Shown here: one piece after another, positions 1 through 11,952 of the stretch
Position numbering within the stretch: position 1 is the first letter of the stretch
How the letters are laid out: the number at the start of each line of letters is the position of its first letter
NCBI GenBank assembly: GCA_017654855.1
Contig: CM030337.1
Coordinates: 2,976,001 to 3,040,000 of the forward strand
DNA from: Podospora anserina
Taxonomy: Eukaryota
Length of the DNA: 64,000 nucleotides
Reading direction: 5' to 3'
The notes under the pieces: generated by a model
Told to the model about the DNA's origin: nothing
Databases searched by the model: none
The model's input: only the letters and a program-made list of their open reading frames with translations
Program-made: the position numbers and the translations under genes

Positions 1-911
1 GGCCTCTGCGAGATGGTGCTGCCCTCGTCGAGAATCCGCTGGAGGCACTCGAATACGTTGCGGAAGATGGCTGCCAGGCGCGAATAGCACGAGAGGAAGA
101 GCAGGGCCGTCGCCGGATCATGGGCCGGCGCCGACTGGCGGAGGATACTAAGCAGCTGGAGCGCTATTCGCAGCGTTTCCTCCAAGTTCAAGTAATCGCT
201 CTGGCGGCCGTCATACGCCTGGGCTTCTGGCAACTCCCGCAGTGCGTGGATGGACTCTGCCGTTGCTTCCTGCTGGTTCACCAGAAGAATGTTGAGGCGG
301 GCGAGCTCGTGGACCCGAGCATCCAGGCCGGTTGTCCGGCTTTGTCGGTGCCCAAGTGCTTGTTCGCTATCGTTCATTGTGCGGTCCATTTGGCTCGCCT
401 GGCTCCCCTCAGCTTCACTCACCGAGGCATTCTGGAGCCCACCAAGCTGAGGCTTGCCGCCCAATGCCGTCGGCACCTCTGTGAGATGGAAGAAATCTTG
501 GTACAATAGCGGATTGATAGGGGAGGAAATGTCAGATCCGCTCAGCCGTGGCCACGAGTCCATGGCCTGGAGCATACGTGAGTCGAGCGTATCGAGAGTG
601 CCAAGACTGGACGAGTCCAATGCCTCGATATTATCAGGCGGTGTTGTTGAGCTGGTAGTGCCGCCCATGCTTAGATCCATGACCGGCAGAGTGGAGCCCG
701 TCCCTTGGGTTGGATAAACGGCATTGTTTAGATTCGCCGTCGTACTCGCAACCTGCTGGCTCCGCCGCGAGGGACGAGGGGAGCATTCGGCCTGGGCCCG
801 GATGCACCGGTTGCATGCTCTCTGGTTGGGAGCCCTCCTGCAGCGCAATTTGGAGCTGTGACACCGGTGGCAGGCAGGCCACCTGGTATGACCATCGCTG
901 TCGTCGTCCAT
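1..911 (-). CDS. Zn(II)2Cys6 transcription factor (3' end runs off the window)
   Basis: Manual translation from ATG at 911: MDDDSDGHTRWPACHRCHSSKLRCRRAPNQRACNRCIRAQAEC (six-Cys binuclear cluster). Downstream DPATALLFLSCYSRL near 120-70. Missing from the ORF track because the frame runs off the window. Confidence 0.85.
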   Translation of the reverse strand, partial: MDDDSDGHTRWPACHRCHSSKLRCRRAPNQRACNRCIRAQAECSPRPSRRSQQVASTTANLNNAVYPTQGTGSTLPVMDLSMGGTTSSTTPPDNIEALDSSSLGTLDTLDSRMLQAMDSWPRLSGSDISSPINPLLYQDFFHLTEVPTALGGKPQLGGLQNASVSEAEGSQASQMDRTMNDSEQALGHRQSRTTGLDARVHELARLNILLVNQQEATAESIHALRELPEAQAYDGRQSDYLNLEETLRIALQLLSILRQSAPAHDPATALLFLSCYSRLAAIFRNVFECLQRILDEGSTISQR

Positions 912-1508
912 GGCCCATGTGTTATTGCTGAAGCTCGGGATATTATTTGCTTGCTCGTAACAACGAATCGGGCCGGAGGTGAATATTGGAAAGGATTTCC
1001 GGTAATGTCGCCAATAAGGGCGGATCTCACACGGTTACTAGCATCTTATTAACCATGGGCCCCAGGGCCCGGTCTGTCAGCTTGGGGCATTCTTATATGG
1101 GTCGGAGATAGGCCGGCGTAGCCACAGGCTACGGCCCCAAAGCTCGCTTCTACGCCCTACAAGGTCGTTGCATGACCTTCACCGGCACCAACTGTCGAAT
1201 TCTATTGGAAGAGAGTGGGTTTGCGAAGGCGCAGCCCAGAGCCAACTACCAATTGGAAGGTCCAGCCTATCTAAGCCTATCGTACGGTCCAGTGGCTGCA
1301 GTTGCTGCTCTCGCTACACAGCCAACGTACATATCAATGCTGTGCCATGTTACCTTGCATGCTTACTTTAAGTCAGCGAGCGGAATCTCTGCGTGCAAGA
1401 TTCTCCTTTGGGGTTTGAAAGCTGATCGATGTGGAACCCGCACCTTTTCGCGTATCCTTTATCACTCATCACACCAATATTCTTTTACTTTGCCACTTGT
1501 ACACCGTT

Positions 1509-1760
1509 ATGGATCCTCAAACCACCTTTGCTCTGGATGCTTGCAGGACGGTACCTTCCGTGGCCCGTGGGATTTGATAACCCTTTCAAGTGAAGGCGGC
1601 AACTCCGAGGTGAAGGAAACTATGGAACTGGCACCGGAAACTCAGATGCAGACACATCCATCAATGGCGCCAACCCTTATAGGAATGAAAAGAAGATTGG
1701 CGAGGCTATCAAGCAGATCGGCGTCCGCATGGATAAGAGCTTTGTCAAATGACCCTTGTA
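1509..1760 (+). pseudogene. Degraded aldo-keto reductase N-terminal remnant
   Basis: MDPQTTFALDACRTVPSVARG...EVKETMELA...ANPYRNEKKIGEAIKQIGV, spread over several frames with stops. Resembles the AKR pattern IPxVGxG...YxNExxIGEAIK. Confidence 0.4.
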
Positions 1761-2136
1761 CAGGTACCGACGGGCAAGGGTTTGCGGTGGCCTAGTTGAT
1801 TGAGACTTGAGAGGCTGGTCCAATTAGTATACTTTACGCTGGTGTTCAGGGGTAATAGGGGTGCGGGACCTTGGCTGTGTGTGGCCTCGTGGATTTATTG
1901 TTACCTGTAGCGGAAGAAATATTGGAGCAAGAGCACGCCGCTCCTGTTACGTCTTTGCCAATCACAATTCGAAAGCCACGGGGCTACATGTTATCTTGAT
2001 CTAAATAGGCAGTTCAGGCAGGAATTAAGAGGGATCAGTGATTACCTATCCCTACAATCCCTCTCCTTCTCGTCTCAGCTCCACCATATCCCAATACACT
2101 CTCCTTTGCTGGGTATAACCCTTACCTTGGTCCCCT

Positions 2137-3300
2137 TCAGCCCTCAACCAGCTTCGCCAACTCAGTAGCAGCTACATATCTCCCCGGTCTCTCCTGGGCC
2201 AACCTCTTTCTCCTTTTGCCTCCACCTCGTGCTCTCCTCGCCCTGCTCCACGACACAAAGAATGGGCCCGGCTCTGCCAGCAATTGTCCATTCCGGCGCC
2301 GTGCCTCGTGTCGCGTAGATACCCAACCCCAAATCTCGACAAGCTGCGCAAAGTTATGGTGGTCTTCCCAGATGGGGATCACAATGTGGAGGTGGAAAAC
2401 CCTTCAGTCTTAGAATGAATTGATTGCTCTGATGAACAAAAGAAAGCTTTCAAGAGCACTGAAAGCCACGTATTTATACATGAATAGTCCCATTCCTTCC
2501 ACCCAAGCCACGGCAAGCCCTCCTGAGCTTCCGTTTATCCATCCGATGTTCCACTGAATACTGAAGCTATTTCCAAGTCTATGACGCGGCTGAATCCTTC
2601 CATTGCTTGGCGTTGCACTAGGTACAAGGCTTGCAGTGCCCGCTCCACTTTTCCTGCTCCACACACAACTTAATTACGCCACTCTGACGCTAATCAGTTC
2701 AAGCAGAGTCAGCAGAGAGAAAAGAACAGGGGATACCAGGCAATACATAGGCAACAGCTTCATTGTAGCTGCTCGACCCGCTATAGTGCACCGACGGGAC
2801 GACCTCGTCGAGCTGCAGTAGCGGCAGCATATCGACGCTCAGCCAGTCCATGATCTGCACCCGGCTCTAGCGCAGATGCCCAGGCAAGACTGAGAGAAGG
2901 CGTCGCCGATGACGTCGGGGTTTCTGGCCATCTTCTATAGAACTTGGACGGTAGAATTGGCGAGGACGCGTTGGATTGCCTCGCCCGTTCTAGGGTATAC
3001 TTAAACAATCTACCTACCTAGGTTAACAACGACGGTAGGCGCCCTTTGCACCTATGCCACTAGTTCGGCATCCTGCTCTTCTGCTAGCGCCGTCTCGAGG
3101 ACGATGGCACCTGCGCAAGTGACGTTGTCGGAGACGAACTCGACTAGTATAGTAGCGCCGGATAGGGTTTAGGTGATAAATAGGATTCCCTCAGGGAAGC
3201 TTAAGGGGTAGGAACCAACACCTCGTTCCCGGAGGTACTAGACAGCGGCCTTGGTTTAGCGGTTAGCAAGGAGGTTGTAAAGCAGCCGCGGGGGTTACCA
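2137..3300 (-). pseudogene. UDP-glycosyltransferase (GT1) pseudogene fragment, RIP-like decay
   Basis: Minus-strand pieces NVTCAGAIVLETALAEEQDAELVA*VQRAPTVVVNLG, LFKYTLERA, VQVL*KMARNPD, IMDWLSVDMLPLL..VHYSGSSSYNEAVA..GIP and HIVIPIWEDHHNFAQLVE..PGRYVAATELAKL match the UGT C-terminal sugar-donor box (HHGGxSSxxEA..GVP..P.W.D). Many TAG/TAA stops. Confidence 0.7.
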
Positions 3301-3319
3301 TAGTGGGAATCTGAGCCGT

Positions 3320-3756
3320 CAAGTAGTGTCAACCTTGTTCAACAGTGTCAACGATGTCAACAGTGTCAACAGGCCAGGCCCACTTATAGCCACTAAAGCC
3401 ATAGGGGGCACCTGCTGCACGGCCCCTATATGGTTCCTTCTTCCTACCCCAGGCTCGTTCAATTAGCTACTGGCTTAGTGGCCAGTAGCCGACCCTTCCA
3501 TCCACCCAGTAAGTCTTTCACTATTTAACAGGCCTGTATTCAATCCCCGTTACGTTCCACTAACTTTGTTCTTTTCTAGCGCTCCCTTCCAGTGCTCACC
3601 TACTAGCTCACCCACTAGCTTACCCACTAGCCTACCTACTAGCCCAATTGACAGTGGCTAGCTTAGTGGCCGGTTCAGTAGCCTGGCCGCTGTAGCTTTT
3701 TGAAGAATATAGGCCCTAGGGTGTTGACACTATTTGCAGCGTTGACACTGTTGACT
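3320..3756. mobile_element. MITE-like / foldback element with imperfect inverted repeats
   Basis: Left tcaacagtgtcaacgatgtcaacagtgtcaaca (~3339-3371) versus reverse complement of ~3720-3755 (gtcaacagtgtcaacgctgcaaatagtgtcaacacc). Inner similarity of 3371-3400 to 3655-3690. No ORF, TpA-rich. No TSD identified. Confidence 0.55.
3595..3645. repeat. Tandem repeat of ~12 bp, about 4 copies (acc[c/t]actagc[c/t][c/t])
   Basis: ctcacctactagctcacccactagcttacccactagcctacctactagccc. Confidence 0.75.
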
Positions 3757-4723
3757 TAATTGCCACAATTTGGTGGGCAGGCACAATCCTACCATACTGA
3801 AGTCAACGATCGCTTCTCGGTAGCCATCAGTTGCGAGAAGCCGCTAAGATAGCGGCAAAGAGTTGTGTGGGAGGTGAGGAGCGGCCAGTCGTCGAGTTTG
3901 CCCGCTTGTACGCGATCAGGACGTTTGCGCTGTCCAGGGAGACCACAGCAAGAATGAGAAGAAGAGTTTGGAAAAGGAGAAAAGGAAGAACACTTGAACG
4001 GAAATGAGATTTGATCAGTTCATTGCATGTCGGCAGTGGGGTCGAATCCTCGGGCATCTTTCCAGTTCCATGGCATGCGGCATTGACCGAGGACCCTTGC
4101 CTGCCCTTTCCTATTCTAAAAGACGGAGTCTCAACAGAACTGAGGCGTCTGCAGACGCCTGGTCACCTGGGCGAATGGATAGGATGGATCCCTGTGAGAT
4201 TCCTACTTCCGGCCGACACTGGTTGTTAGATGCCCTGGCAGGGAAGGTGTACCATCAGCAGCATGAGGTGGCTACCGATGGATGGGTGGATAGCCTTGAT
4301 CTGGGCCTGTGTCTGTGATCCGACGTTAGATAGCTAGTTCACTGGACAAACAGGAGAATGCAGATAACAGTTCATGATGGCTATCAACTTTGTAAACTCG
4401 AAAGGAACCGCTAATTAATGGCGTAGTGTACGTAGCCAGTACTTTGATGTGTTAGGGCTCTTCGTTCTTTGGTTGGTTGTACTCATCCTGATCACCGGTC
4501 AAAGAGTACGAACCTGAACCAAATTTCGACTTCTTCCATGATTACAGCTGGCGAATCGATTGCAAATCATTCATTACTCTTTGTTATCGAGATATGTACA
4601 GACGCTGAAAGTAACAACTTCTTCTACAATTTCTCTCTCCTGCATCATTTTGAGAATCCGATGCCCGAATCCTCCCACAACCGCATGCCACTCTAGTCAT
4701 GTATGCGATGGACTCGCGCCACG

Positions 4724-6089
4724 CTACAAAAACAGCGCGCAAACCCACAGGACGAAAGCAGACGGCGCGATGAACCAGCACATTGAGATGGATACGAAAA
4801 GGTGATGGCCGGAATGACACTGTCCTGTTAGATTAAGAGCAGCTCCAACATCTCCAGAGAGTGTTTGCTCGTTTGTGCCACAATCGCGGTAGTGAGCCAT
4901 GTACAGGTGCTGATTAGTTTGGTCAAACACGACTAGTGAAATATGTAAGTCTAGGCTCGACATTCCATAACATTAGGAGAGTGTAAACTAACCATACGCC
5001 GAGCGCAGAAACGAATCTCCAAGGACCGCTCGATCATACGATCCCTTTCTCGGCAAGACGCCGAGCGCACGATACCCCGGCTCCAGCTGCGAGATGAACT
5101 CCGAATATGGGACTCGGATCGTCAGATCTCCAAACGTGAAGTCAACAGTGCCGGGTTGCTCAACCATCGAGCAGGGAACTTCGAGGCTTCCATCTTCTGA
5201 AAGCGTTGCATTAAAGTCATCTTCCAAGCTGTTGAATAGATGCTGGGGAAGGTAGCTCCATGTTGAACCAGTGTCAAGAAGAGCGGGCATCGTTGAATAC
5301 TCGTAAGTAGAGACAAGTCTGCCTGGTGTGGTTACTCCGACTGACTTCATTTGTACCCAGCATCGCCACGGGCCCTCCTTGCTGCCTTCGATTTGAGGTG
5401 GCATGTTGTCAAATTTGTGCAACTTGCCGCTGAACTTTTTTGTGTCAAGTCCACCGAAGATGATGGCGCCACCGGACTCTGAACATTGACCTCCTAGGGC
5501 TATGCTGAATGCTTTCGACTGCGTTATCCCCTGTGCGTGGAGCTTATCGATTGACGATAACTTCAGTGCTAGGAAGGATATGAACTGACTGCTGCCAGGG
5601 ACTAGGATATTATCAACCGCATAGCCGATTTCCGCGCCCCCCTTTCCGTACCCGCTGTGTTGCGTCACGTTCTTGTTGACACAGGTGGAGGACAAGCCTG
5701 GAATATATCTTCCAGAAGCATTGCACGTTTCCTCCTGGCTCTCAGTGGCTGCTGTCGCGCAAGTCGGGTCAACCCAAAGCTCGAAGGACCCCGTGTCGAG
5801 GACGACCTCAACAGGTTGTGGCGGAGTACCAATCTGGACTGATATCGGGTGTGTTAGTTGATGGGTACATGAATGGCATTGCGGAATACCTACGTGTAAG
5901 CAAATATGTTAAAGTCGAGACATTACCTAAGGCCACAATGTTGTCTCTTTTCCCGAGATTCAGGGGATGACTCCGTTTGTGCATAACAGGGAAAGACAAC
6001 AACCCCTTTTTGGTTTCTTGTGTGGACAGAGTTAGCGCTACCCCAAGAAGGGCGAAGGCTAGCTGGAGACCTGCCAGTGCTAGCATCAT
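4724..6089 (-). CDS. Secreted/GPI-type aspartic protease (yapsin-like, A1 family), possibly damaged
   Basis: Signal peptide MMLALAGLQLAFALL, KR site, IGTPPQPVEVVLDTGSFELWV and ALLDTGSTWSYLP (two DTG motifs), VLGDSFLRSAY|VVFD. Hydrophobic C-terminus. Introns at ~5841-5893 and ~4934-4992. Confidence 0.8.
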
Positions 6090-7050
6090 CACCGTTGTCG
6101 ACGACGACTGACACGAGGTGTCTGCAATCGAGAGACGATGCCTCAGATTGGACATGATGTGCGAAATACTACAACAGCATTCTTCAGCCCGGTCTCGGAG
6201 GTCGGGACAACAGAACGAAATCTAAAAACAAAGACATAAAGAGATTGACAGCTGTGGATGTGGTCTGGAACAACGCCAAGGCTTCTCCCGTCGGTGTGGT
6301 ACAACAATGAGTCTCGTATCAAAGACATTTCTGAAGCGGATGGCTTTCCAGAATAGGCAACAATAATCATGGTACACGACAGGCTGCCCGAGAGCTGCAT
6401 GATATTATATCTGTGACTGAAGTTCAGGGGAGCCAATGTCTTGCAATCAAAGCTTTTTCCTTCAACGACGCTTCAGTCACCAGGGTTCTTTGTGGCACTG
6501 TGGCTGGCACTGTTAGAAATCATACTGTTGTCCAACCTTTGTTGCGATGCCCGACGTAGGGGTTGTAAACACCGAGATCTGTTTTTCTCGGCTGCCCGGC
6601 CAGTTTGGCTTCTGGCTTGTCTGTATTTTCGACAAGTGTTCGCGTCTGGTCTACTTCTTCTAACTACCTAGGTAACATGCCAACATCAATAGCTCAACAA
6701 CATTATCAACAGGCCCAGTAACCTCGTGAAGCATCAAAACGTTCCTGAAATTTAACCAGGACCATATCTTCAGCTGCCAAGGTCGTCACTTCCCCAAGTT
6801 GTCAAAGCTTGGAGCCGGCTCGTCGATCCCCCGCATCAGCTTTGACTGACCCCGACAATGAACCGAGGCTCGTCCCGCTGATTCCCCTGTTACCCCAGAT
6901 TTTGTGGCTGCAAGATGCAATCCAACTGGGAATAGTGTCGATTTGGCACCTGCCCCGCTTCTCGGATATATTGACGTCTCGGACGTAGATGCTCTCTCCC
7001 TCTTGAACAGATCAATCTGTACAGCTTCCCACCATCAATCAAACATCACA

Positions 7051-8894
7051 ATGGGTAGCATCGTCGAGAAAACCAGGGATGGAACCGTCTACAAAGCTGC
7101 CACTAACGCGGTGCACCCTGAGCTTGACCTCTTGACGTTTCTCTTTGGTTTGCCCACCCGCCTTGATACGACCTACACAGGCTAACAGTGATACAGATTC
7201 ACCCCACACCCTGGCCGAGAAAACTTCCATCCTCCACGCCGACGCAGCAGATCCAGACAACAACCAGATAACTAAATCTCAGCTACGCACCCTCGTCAAG
7301 TCAACAGCCTCCATCTTTCGAAACGAGTACGGCATCGGTGCCAACGGCCCCAACAAAGATGTCGTCCTCGCCATCTCCACGGGACACTACCTCCTCCCCT
7401 CTCTGTTCTATTCCACCATCGCCGCCGGCGGCGTCTTCTCCGCCTCCAACCCCGGCTCAACCCCCAAGGAACTCGCCGCCCAGGTCAGCCAAGTAGGCGT
7501 CAAAGTCATCCTCTGCAACGCCGACACCGAAGCCACCGCCGTAGCCGCTGCTAAACTCACCGGTCTTGACTCCCGCAACGTGGTGGTTTACTCCTCCCTC
7601 CCCGGCGGCTCTCTCGTCTTGACCCCAACCAACTCTTCCACCCCCCTCACCTCATCTGGCTCCCTCTCCTGGGCTAAAATCACCTCCCGTCATGTCCTCG
7701 ACAGCTCAATAATTTGCCTCCTTTTTTCTTCAGGCACCACCGGCCCCCCGAAAGCGTGTAAACTATCCCACACCAACATGGTCGCCGAGGCAGCACTGGT
7801 CCTCTCCCCCAACCGAGATTTTTACACCCGCTTGAACTTGCCGCTGGTGTACCGAACAGTTGCCCACCTCCCTGCCGCGCACATTGCGGGAATTCAAGGC
7901 TATTTCGTCAACCCTTTCTACCTAGGGGGAACGGTGTACTGGATGAGGGGATTTGATTTCCCCTTGTTTTTGACTTACATGAAGAAGTATCAAGTCACGC
8001 ACTTCTTTTCTGTCCCCCCGGTTTTCTTGCTGATTGCAAAGTCGCCGATGGTGACAGATCAGCTTGCCACGGTGGAGCAGGCTGTTTCTGGGGCGGCGCC
8101 GATGGGGAGGGAGCTGCAAATCGCGGCGAAGAAAAAGTTGGGAGGGGGCAGGTTGGGGAAGGGGAGGTTGGTGCAGACTTGGGGTTTGTCGGAGACGACG
8201 GGGAGTGTTACTGTTTTGAATATGGGGAGCGAGTTTGAGGATGACGAGAGTGGGAGTGTTTCTGCTTTGGTTGCGGGGATAGAGGCGAGGATTGTGGATG
8301 ATGAGGGGCGGGATGTGGAGGTGGGAAAGGAGGGGGAGATTTGGGTTAGGGGGCCGATGATTACGAAGGGGTATTGGGAGAATGAGGAGGCCAATAGGGA
8401 GGGGTTTGCGGATGGGGGGGTGGGGAGGGAGAGGTGGTTTAGGACGGGGGATGTGGCTGTTTATAGGGGAGGTTTGTTCTATGTGGTGGATAGGAAGAAG
8501 GTTTGTTTCACTGAAGATCATGGAAGATTAAGTGGGATGGAGTGCTGACAAGCGATAGGAACTCATCAAATACAAGGGCAATCAAGTCGCGCCTGCGGAG
8601 CTGGAGGCGCTGCTGATCAGCCACCCCAAGATTTTGGACGCGGCCGTGATTGGGGTGGATGATGAGAAGGAGGGGACCGAGGTGCCGAGGGCATATGTGG
8701 TTGTGGGGGATCAAAAGGGGATTACGGGGCAGGAGATACAGGAGTGGGTTGCGAAGCAGGTTTCTAGTCATAAGAAGTTGAGGGGAGGGGTTGTGTTTTT
8801 GGCGGCTGTTCCCAAGAGTCCGTCAGGGAAGATTTTGAGGAAGGATTTGAGAGCGTTGGCGAAGAAGCAGCAACACGGAGGGAGTAAGTTGTAG
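7051..8894 (+). CDS. AMP-dependent acyl-CoA ligase (4-coumarate-CoA ligase-like), peroxisomal
   Basis: FSSGTTGPPK, WGLSETT, FRTGD, ELIKYKGNQVAPAELE, PKSPSGKILRK and a C-terminal SKL (PTS1). Two introns (~7148-7197, ~8501-8558). Confidence 0.93.
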
Positions 8895-9676
8895 ATGATT
8901 AGCCTCGCGAACTCTACCATGTCGTGAATGAATAATAGCGATTACTGTGCGTACTTGGGGTAGAGCCCTGAAAGATAGGTGATGGACCTTTAACGATACG
9001 CTACAGAAGCGTGTGTGGATAGCAGGGAGGCTTTGACAGAACCTTTAACAGAACCTTGCACTTCTTCTTCGGAGTGTTTCCAAATGGCGTCGTTTGAGGA
9101 CAGAGGAAAGAGCTGGATTTGGAAAACTGTGCTAGTGCTTTTACCTGGAGAATGTTATGGTGTCTAGAATGGAGATTTGAGGGTGGTGAATGCCCCTCAT
9201 ATACACCGCGTTGGAGACTTCCTTACTTTCCAAGGCTCCATTTTCCAGTGGGTGAATGACATCGAAGCTGGAATATGACTGCCATGCTACATGGCGAAAT
9301 GTCATCCTTGAGGTTTGATGGTGTTGAGACATGGGAAATATCAGCTGCTTGGTCACAGCACTTGGAGCAGACAGGACGGCAAGGGGGAGCGTGCACACCT
9401 GGCAGAAAAACCTGCCATTTGAAACGGCCTGTGAATGGGATGTCTCGGTGCCTCCCGAGGTGTATCAGTGCATAGCCCGCGTCGCTCTTGCGCTGTTATT
9501 TAGCATCCAACCTTTTCCCGACAAATCCATAGTCATGTCCCTCATGAGCAGCTGCGACACCCGCTAAAACCGAAACTTTTCCGCCCTTTCCAAAGGTCAT
9601 ATTATCCCTGACATCTGTGTGGAAGCAGTCAATGGTAACTTATGTTGACTGTTGACGGCCAAGCACCAACACCAAC

Positions 9677-10732
9677 CTACAGATCCCCCGGCACTTCAAC
9701 CGAGTGCAGTTTCTTTAACCCGGGCGGGAACGAGGCGTGCTGGAAAGCATCCTGATAGATCGACATAGTAGTTCCACGTGTCGAGCTCCTCCATCGAAAA
9801 CTCTTGCGCTTCCGAGATAGAAGCGAACTCGAGCACCGCCCCACCTGGGAGAACCAGTCTTCTTCAAGAATCATTGTTCCACACCAGTCACCTCGAGCGT
9901 CTAGAACACCAGAACGATGCAGGCCGTGACTGAGCTTGGACTGAAAGGTCGATGTTGACATGTTGCGCCGGGAGAGTTGGAAGTGGGCTGTATACGTCCA
10001 CAAGTGCAAACACAGCGGCACGGGACTTCGAGTCTGGACGGTGGGCCTGTCGGTGTCTTTTTTAAGTGGTGGGTGGGATCTGCCGTCCGGTGAACATTGG
10101 ACTGTCCCCCTCAGTACCCGGAGTGCCTAGTGGCAGAACGGGAAAGGTCGGAAAGGTATTGTCAGGGGTGGAGATGACGAGTAGTCGTGTCAGCGGGCGG
10201 TTCGACGAGGCAAGCTGACCTAGAGTACCGAGAGTTCTACCGTCCAACACCCATCGCAGTTGACAGGGCACTAGGGCTTCCCCTCCTTCCCATCCTCCAA
10301 CAAAGCCATCGAGACCAATGCGGTGGCCACCACGGTAGGTGGCATCAAATATGAGACGACATAGAGAGCAGTCGTTGCGCCGACGATATATCTCGTCGAG
10401 CTACCCGAGGTCCTGTTGACCTAGGTGGCCGGGTCAAAGTCGTGTCCGAGGATGCCGGGCAACAGCGGGTCATCATCGGATGGGTTGGGTCGGAATTTGG
10501 AGGCGGTAATGTTGAGATCTCGGCATTGGCGACAGAGGTGTCCAGTTTGGGATGAGCTGCTGCTGGCTTCGGCAGGTTCCTCGTCCATGGTGTCCTGCTC
10601 CTGGCTGACTTCTTCGCTGTTGCGTTCACTGGCGTATGTGTGCTCGGTGATTATGTCTGGCGCTTGTTTACTCTTGCCCCCGTGCGGGGAGCGAAATGGA
10701 GATGTGAGAGCTTTGCCTAATCTTCGTGACAT
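9677..10732 (-). pseudogene. HET-family gene relic; N- and C-terminal regions kept, HET core missing
   Basis: N-terminal LCRQCRDL...LDEIYRRRNDCSLCRLIF and C-terminal LHLWTYTAHF...LDARGDWCGTMILEEDW..EFASISEAQEFSMEELDTWNYY resemble the flanks of fungal HET-domain proteins. Internal stops and frameshifts. Confidence 0.55.
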
Positions 10733-11097
10733 CACGATACCGGTATTTGTGTAGGTATTATCGGTGGAGTCAAATCGATGATGATTTCAATGAAGGAATC
10801 GTACGGTGGTTTCCTCTTGCAAATTGGGCGATGGGAACAGGCAACTGCTCACCGAGGCTTCAACCCGACCAACTGACCAACAATAACCTTGGGTCCTCAA
10901 CAACCGACCAAGGCGTTTTCATGCGCCCCGCTGTGCACTCGTTCAACTGACCCAAAATGCAGATTGTTGGGTGCAAGTTTGAGAGTTCTGTTCTGGGATC
11001 GCCGAGATATACGAGGTGGAAATGTTCATCATCATATTCTCTTGACGGGGCTTTCCATGCCTTCACTAATCTCTGAAGTCAGACCCCCAGAACCCTC

Positions 11098-11952
11098 CTA
11101 TGTAGAACCATCGACGATAACAAACTCAACCCCCTCCTCCGCCCCAGGAACAACCAAAGCAGGCATCTTCTTGTCCGTCTCCCTTTCAATCGACCTCGCC
11201 GCCTCAAAGCACGGCAGCAAGACCGTCGTCCCAGCCTGCTTGTGCTCCTCCAGATCCCCCCAGTCCCACCAGTCGACATAGGCGCCCTTGTAACAAAACC
11301 TGAATCTGTCGGCCGGGACTGCGTCATCTGGTAGCAAGCTCCAGTATTCCTGCTGAAGTGTCTTCTCCCAGGTCCAGGTTTCGCCGGGGCGGAGGCTGAT
11401 GAAGGAGTTTGTGAAGTGGTTGCCTTTGGAGACGGGGACCTCTTTGTCGGGGTCATCGTAGATGGCAAAGGTGCAGATTGTGCCGTCGTCCATTTCGGTG
11501 AACTCCCATGGGTTATCGTGGTTGTTGTTGTTGTTGATTGGGCGGTGGCGGTAGAGCCAGAACCCTTCGCGCTGTGGCTCGGTTTGGTGCCAGGCTATTA
11601 ATGTCCAGGGGCGGAAGGTGATGGGGCGGGTGGTTGGGGTTGTGGTTTTGTCCGGGTTGAGGAGGAGGCCGGTGTAGGTGATTTTTAGTGTGATGGCGAA
11701 CTTGGTTTTGAGGGGAGTGGTTTGGGGTGCGGAGAGTTGGACGGAGAGGAGGGGGGTTCCTGGGCTGACAAGAGAGAGGGTTAGTGATGTGGTCTTGTTG
11801 AGGGTTGTTGGGAAAAGGTGAGTTTACTTGAGGTCTGCGATGGTGAGTGGGCTGTTTGATTGATGGGTGGGGGTTTCGGAGAAGATTTCAGGTGAGGGGA
11901 GGTCAAGGAGATTGTCTTCCTCCGCGCTGCTCAATTCCTGAGGGCTGGCCAT
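11098..11952 (-). CDS. Conserved hypothetical fungal protein (2 exons)
   Basis: ATG at 11952 and intron ~11766-11827 (gtaaac...ctaac..cag) give a continuous frame PLLSVQLSAP..RPITFRPW..FISLRPGETW..VDWWDWG..P.LVVP. Confidence 0.7.

Noticed and set aside
3320..3372. CRISPR-like array from the repeated GTGTCAAC
   Set aside because: The repeats are 8-9 bp with no unique spacers, in a eukaryotic context. They fit transposon subterminal repeats better.
7922..8521. Pro/His-rich antisense ORFs (also 18104-18641, 24460-24756, 56760-57143)
   Set aside because: Shadow frames of G-rich 3' halves of real genes on the opposite strand.
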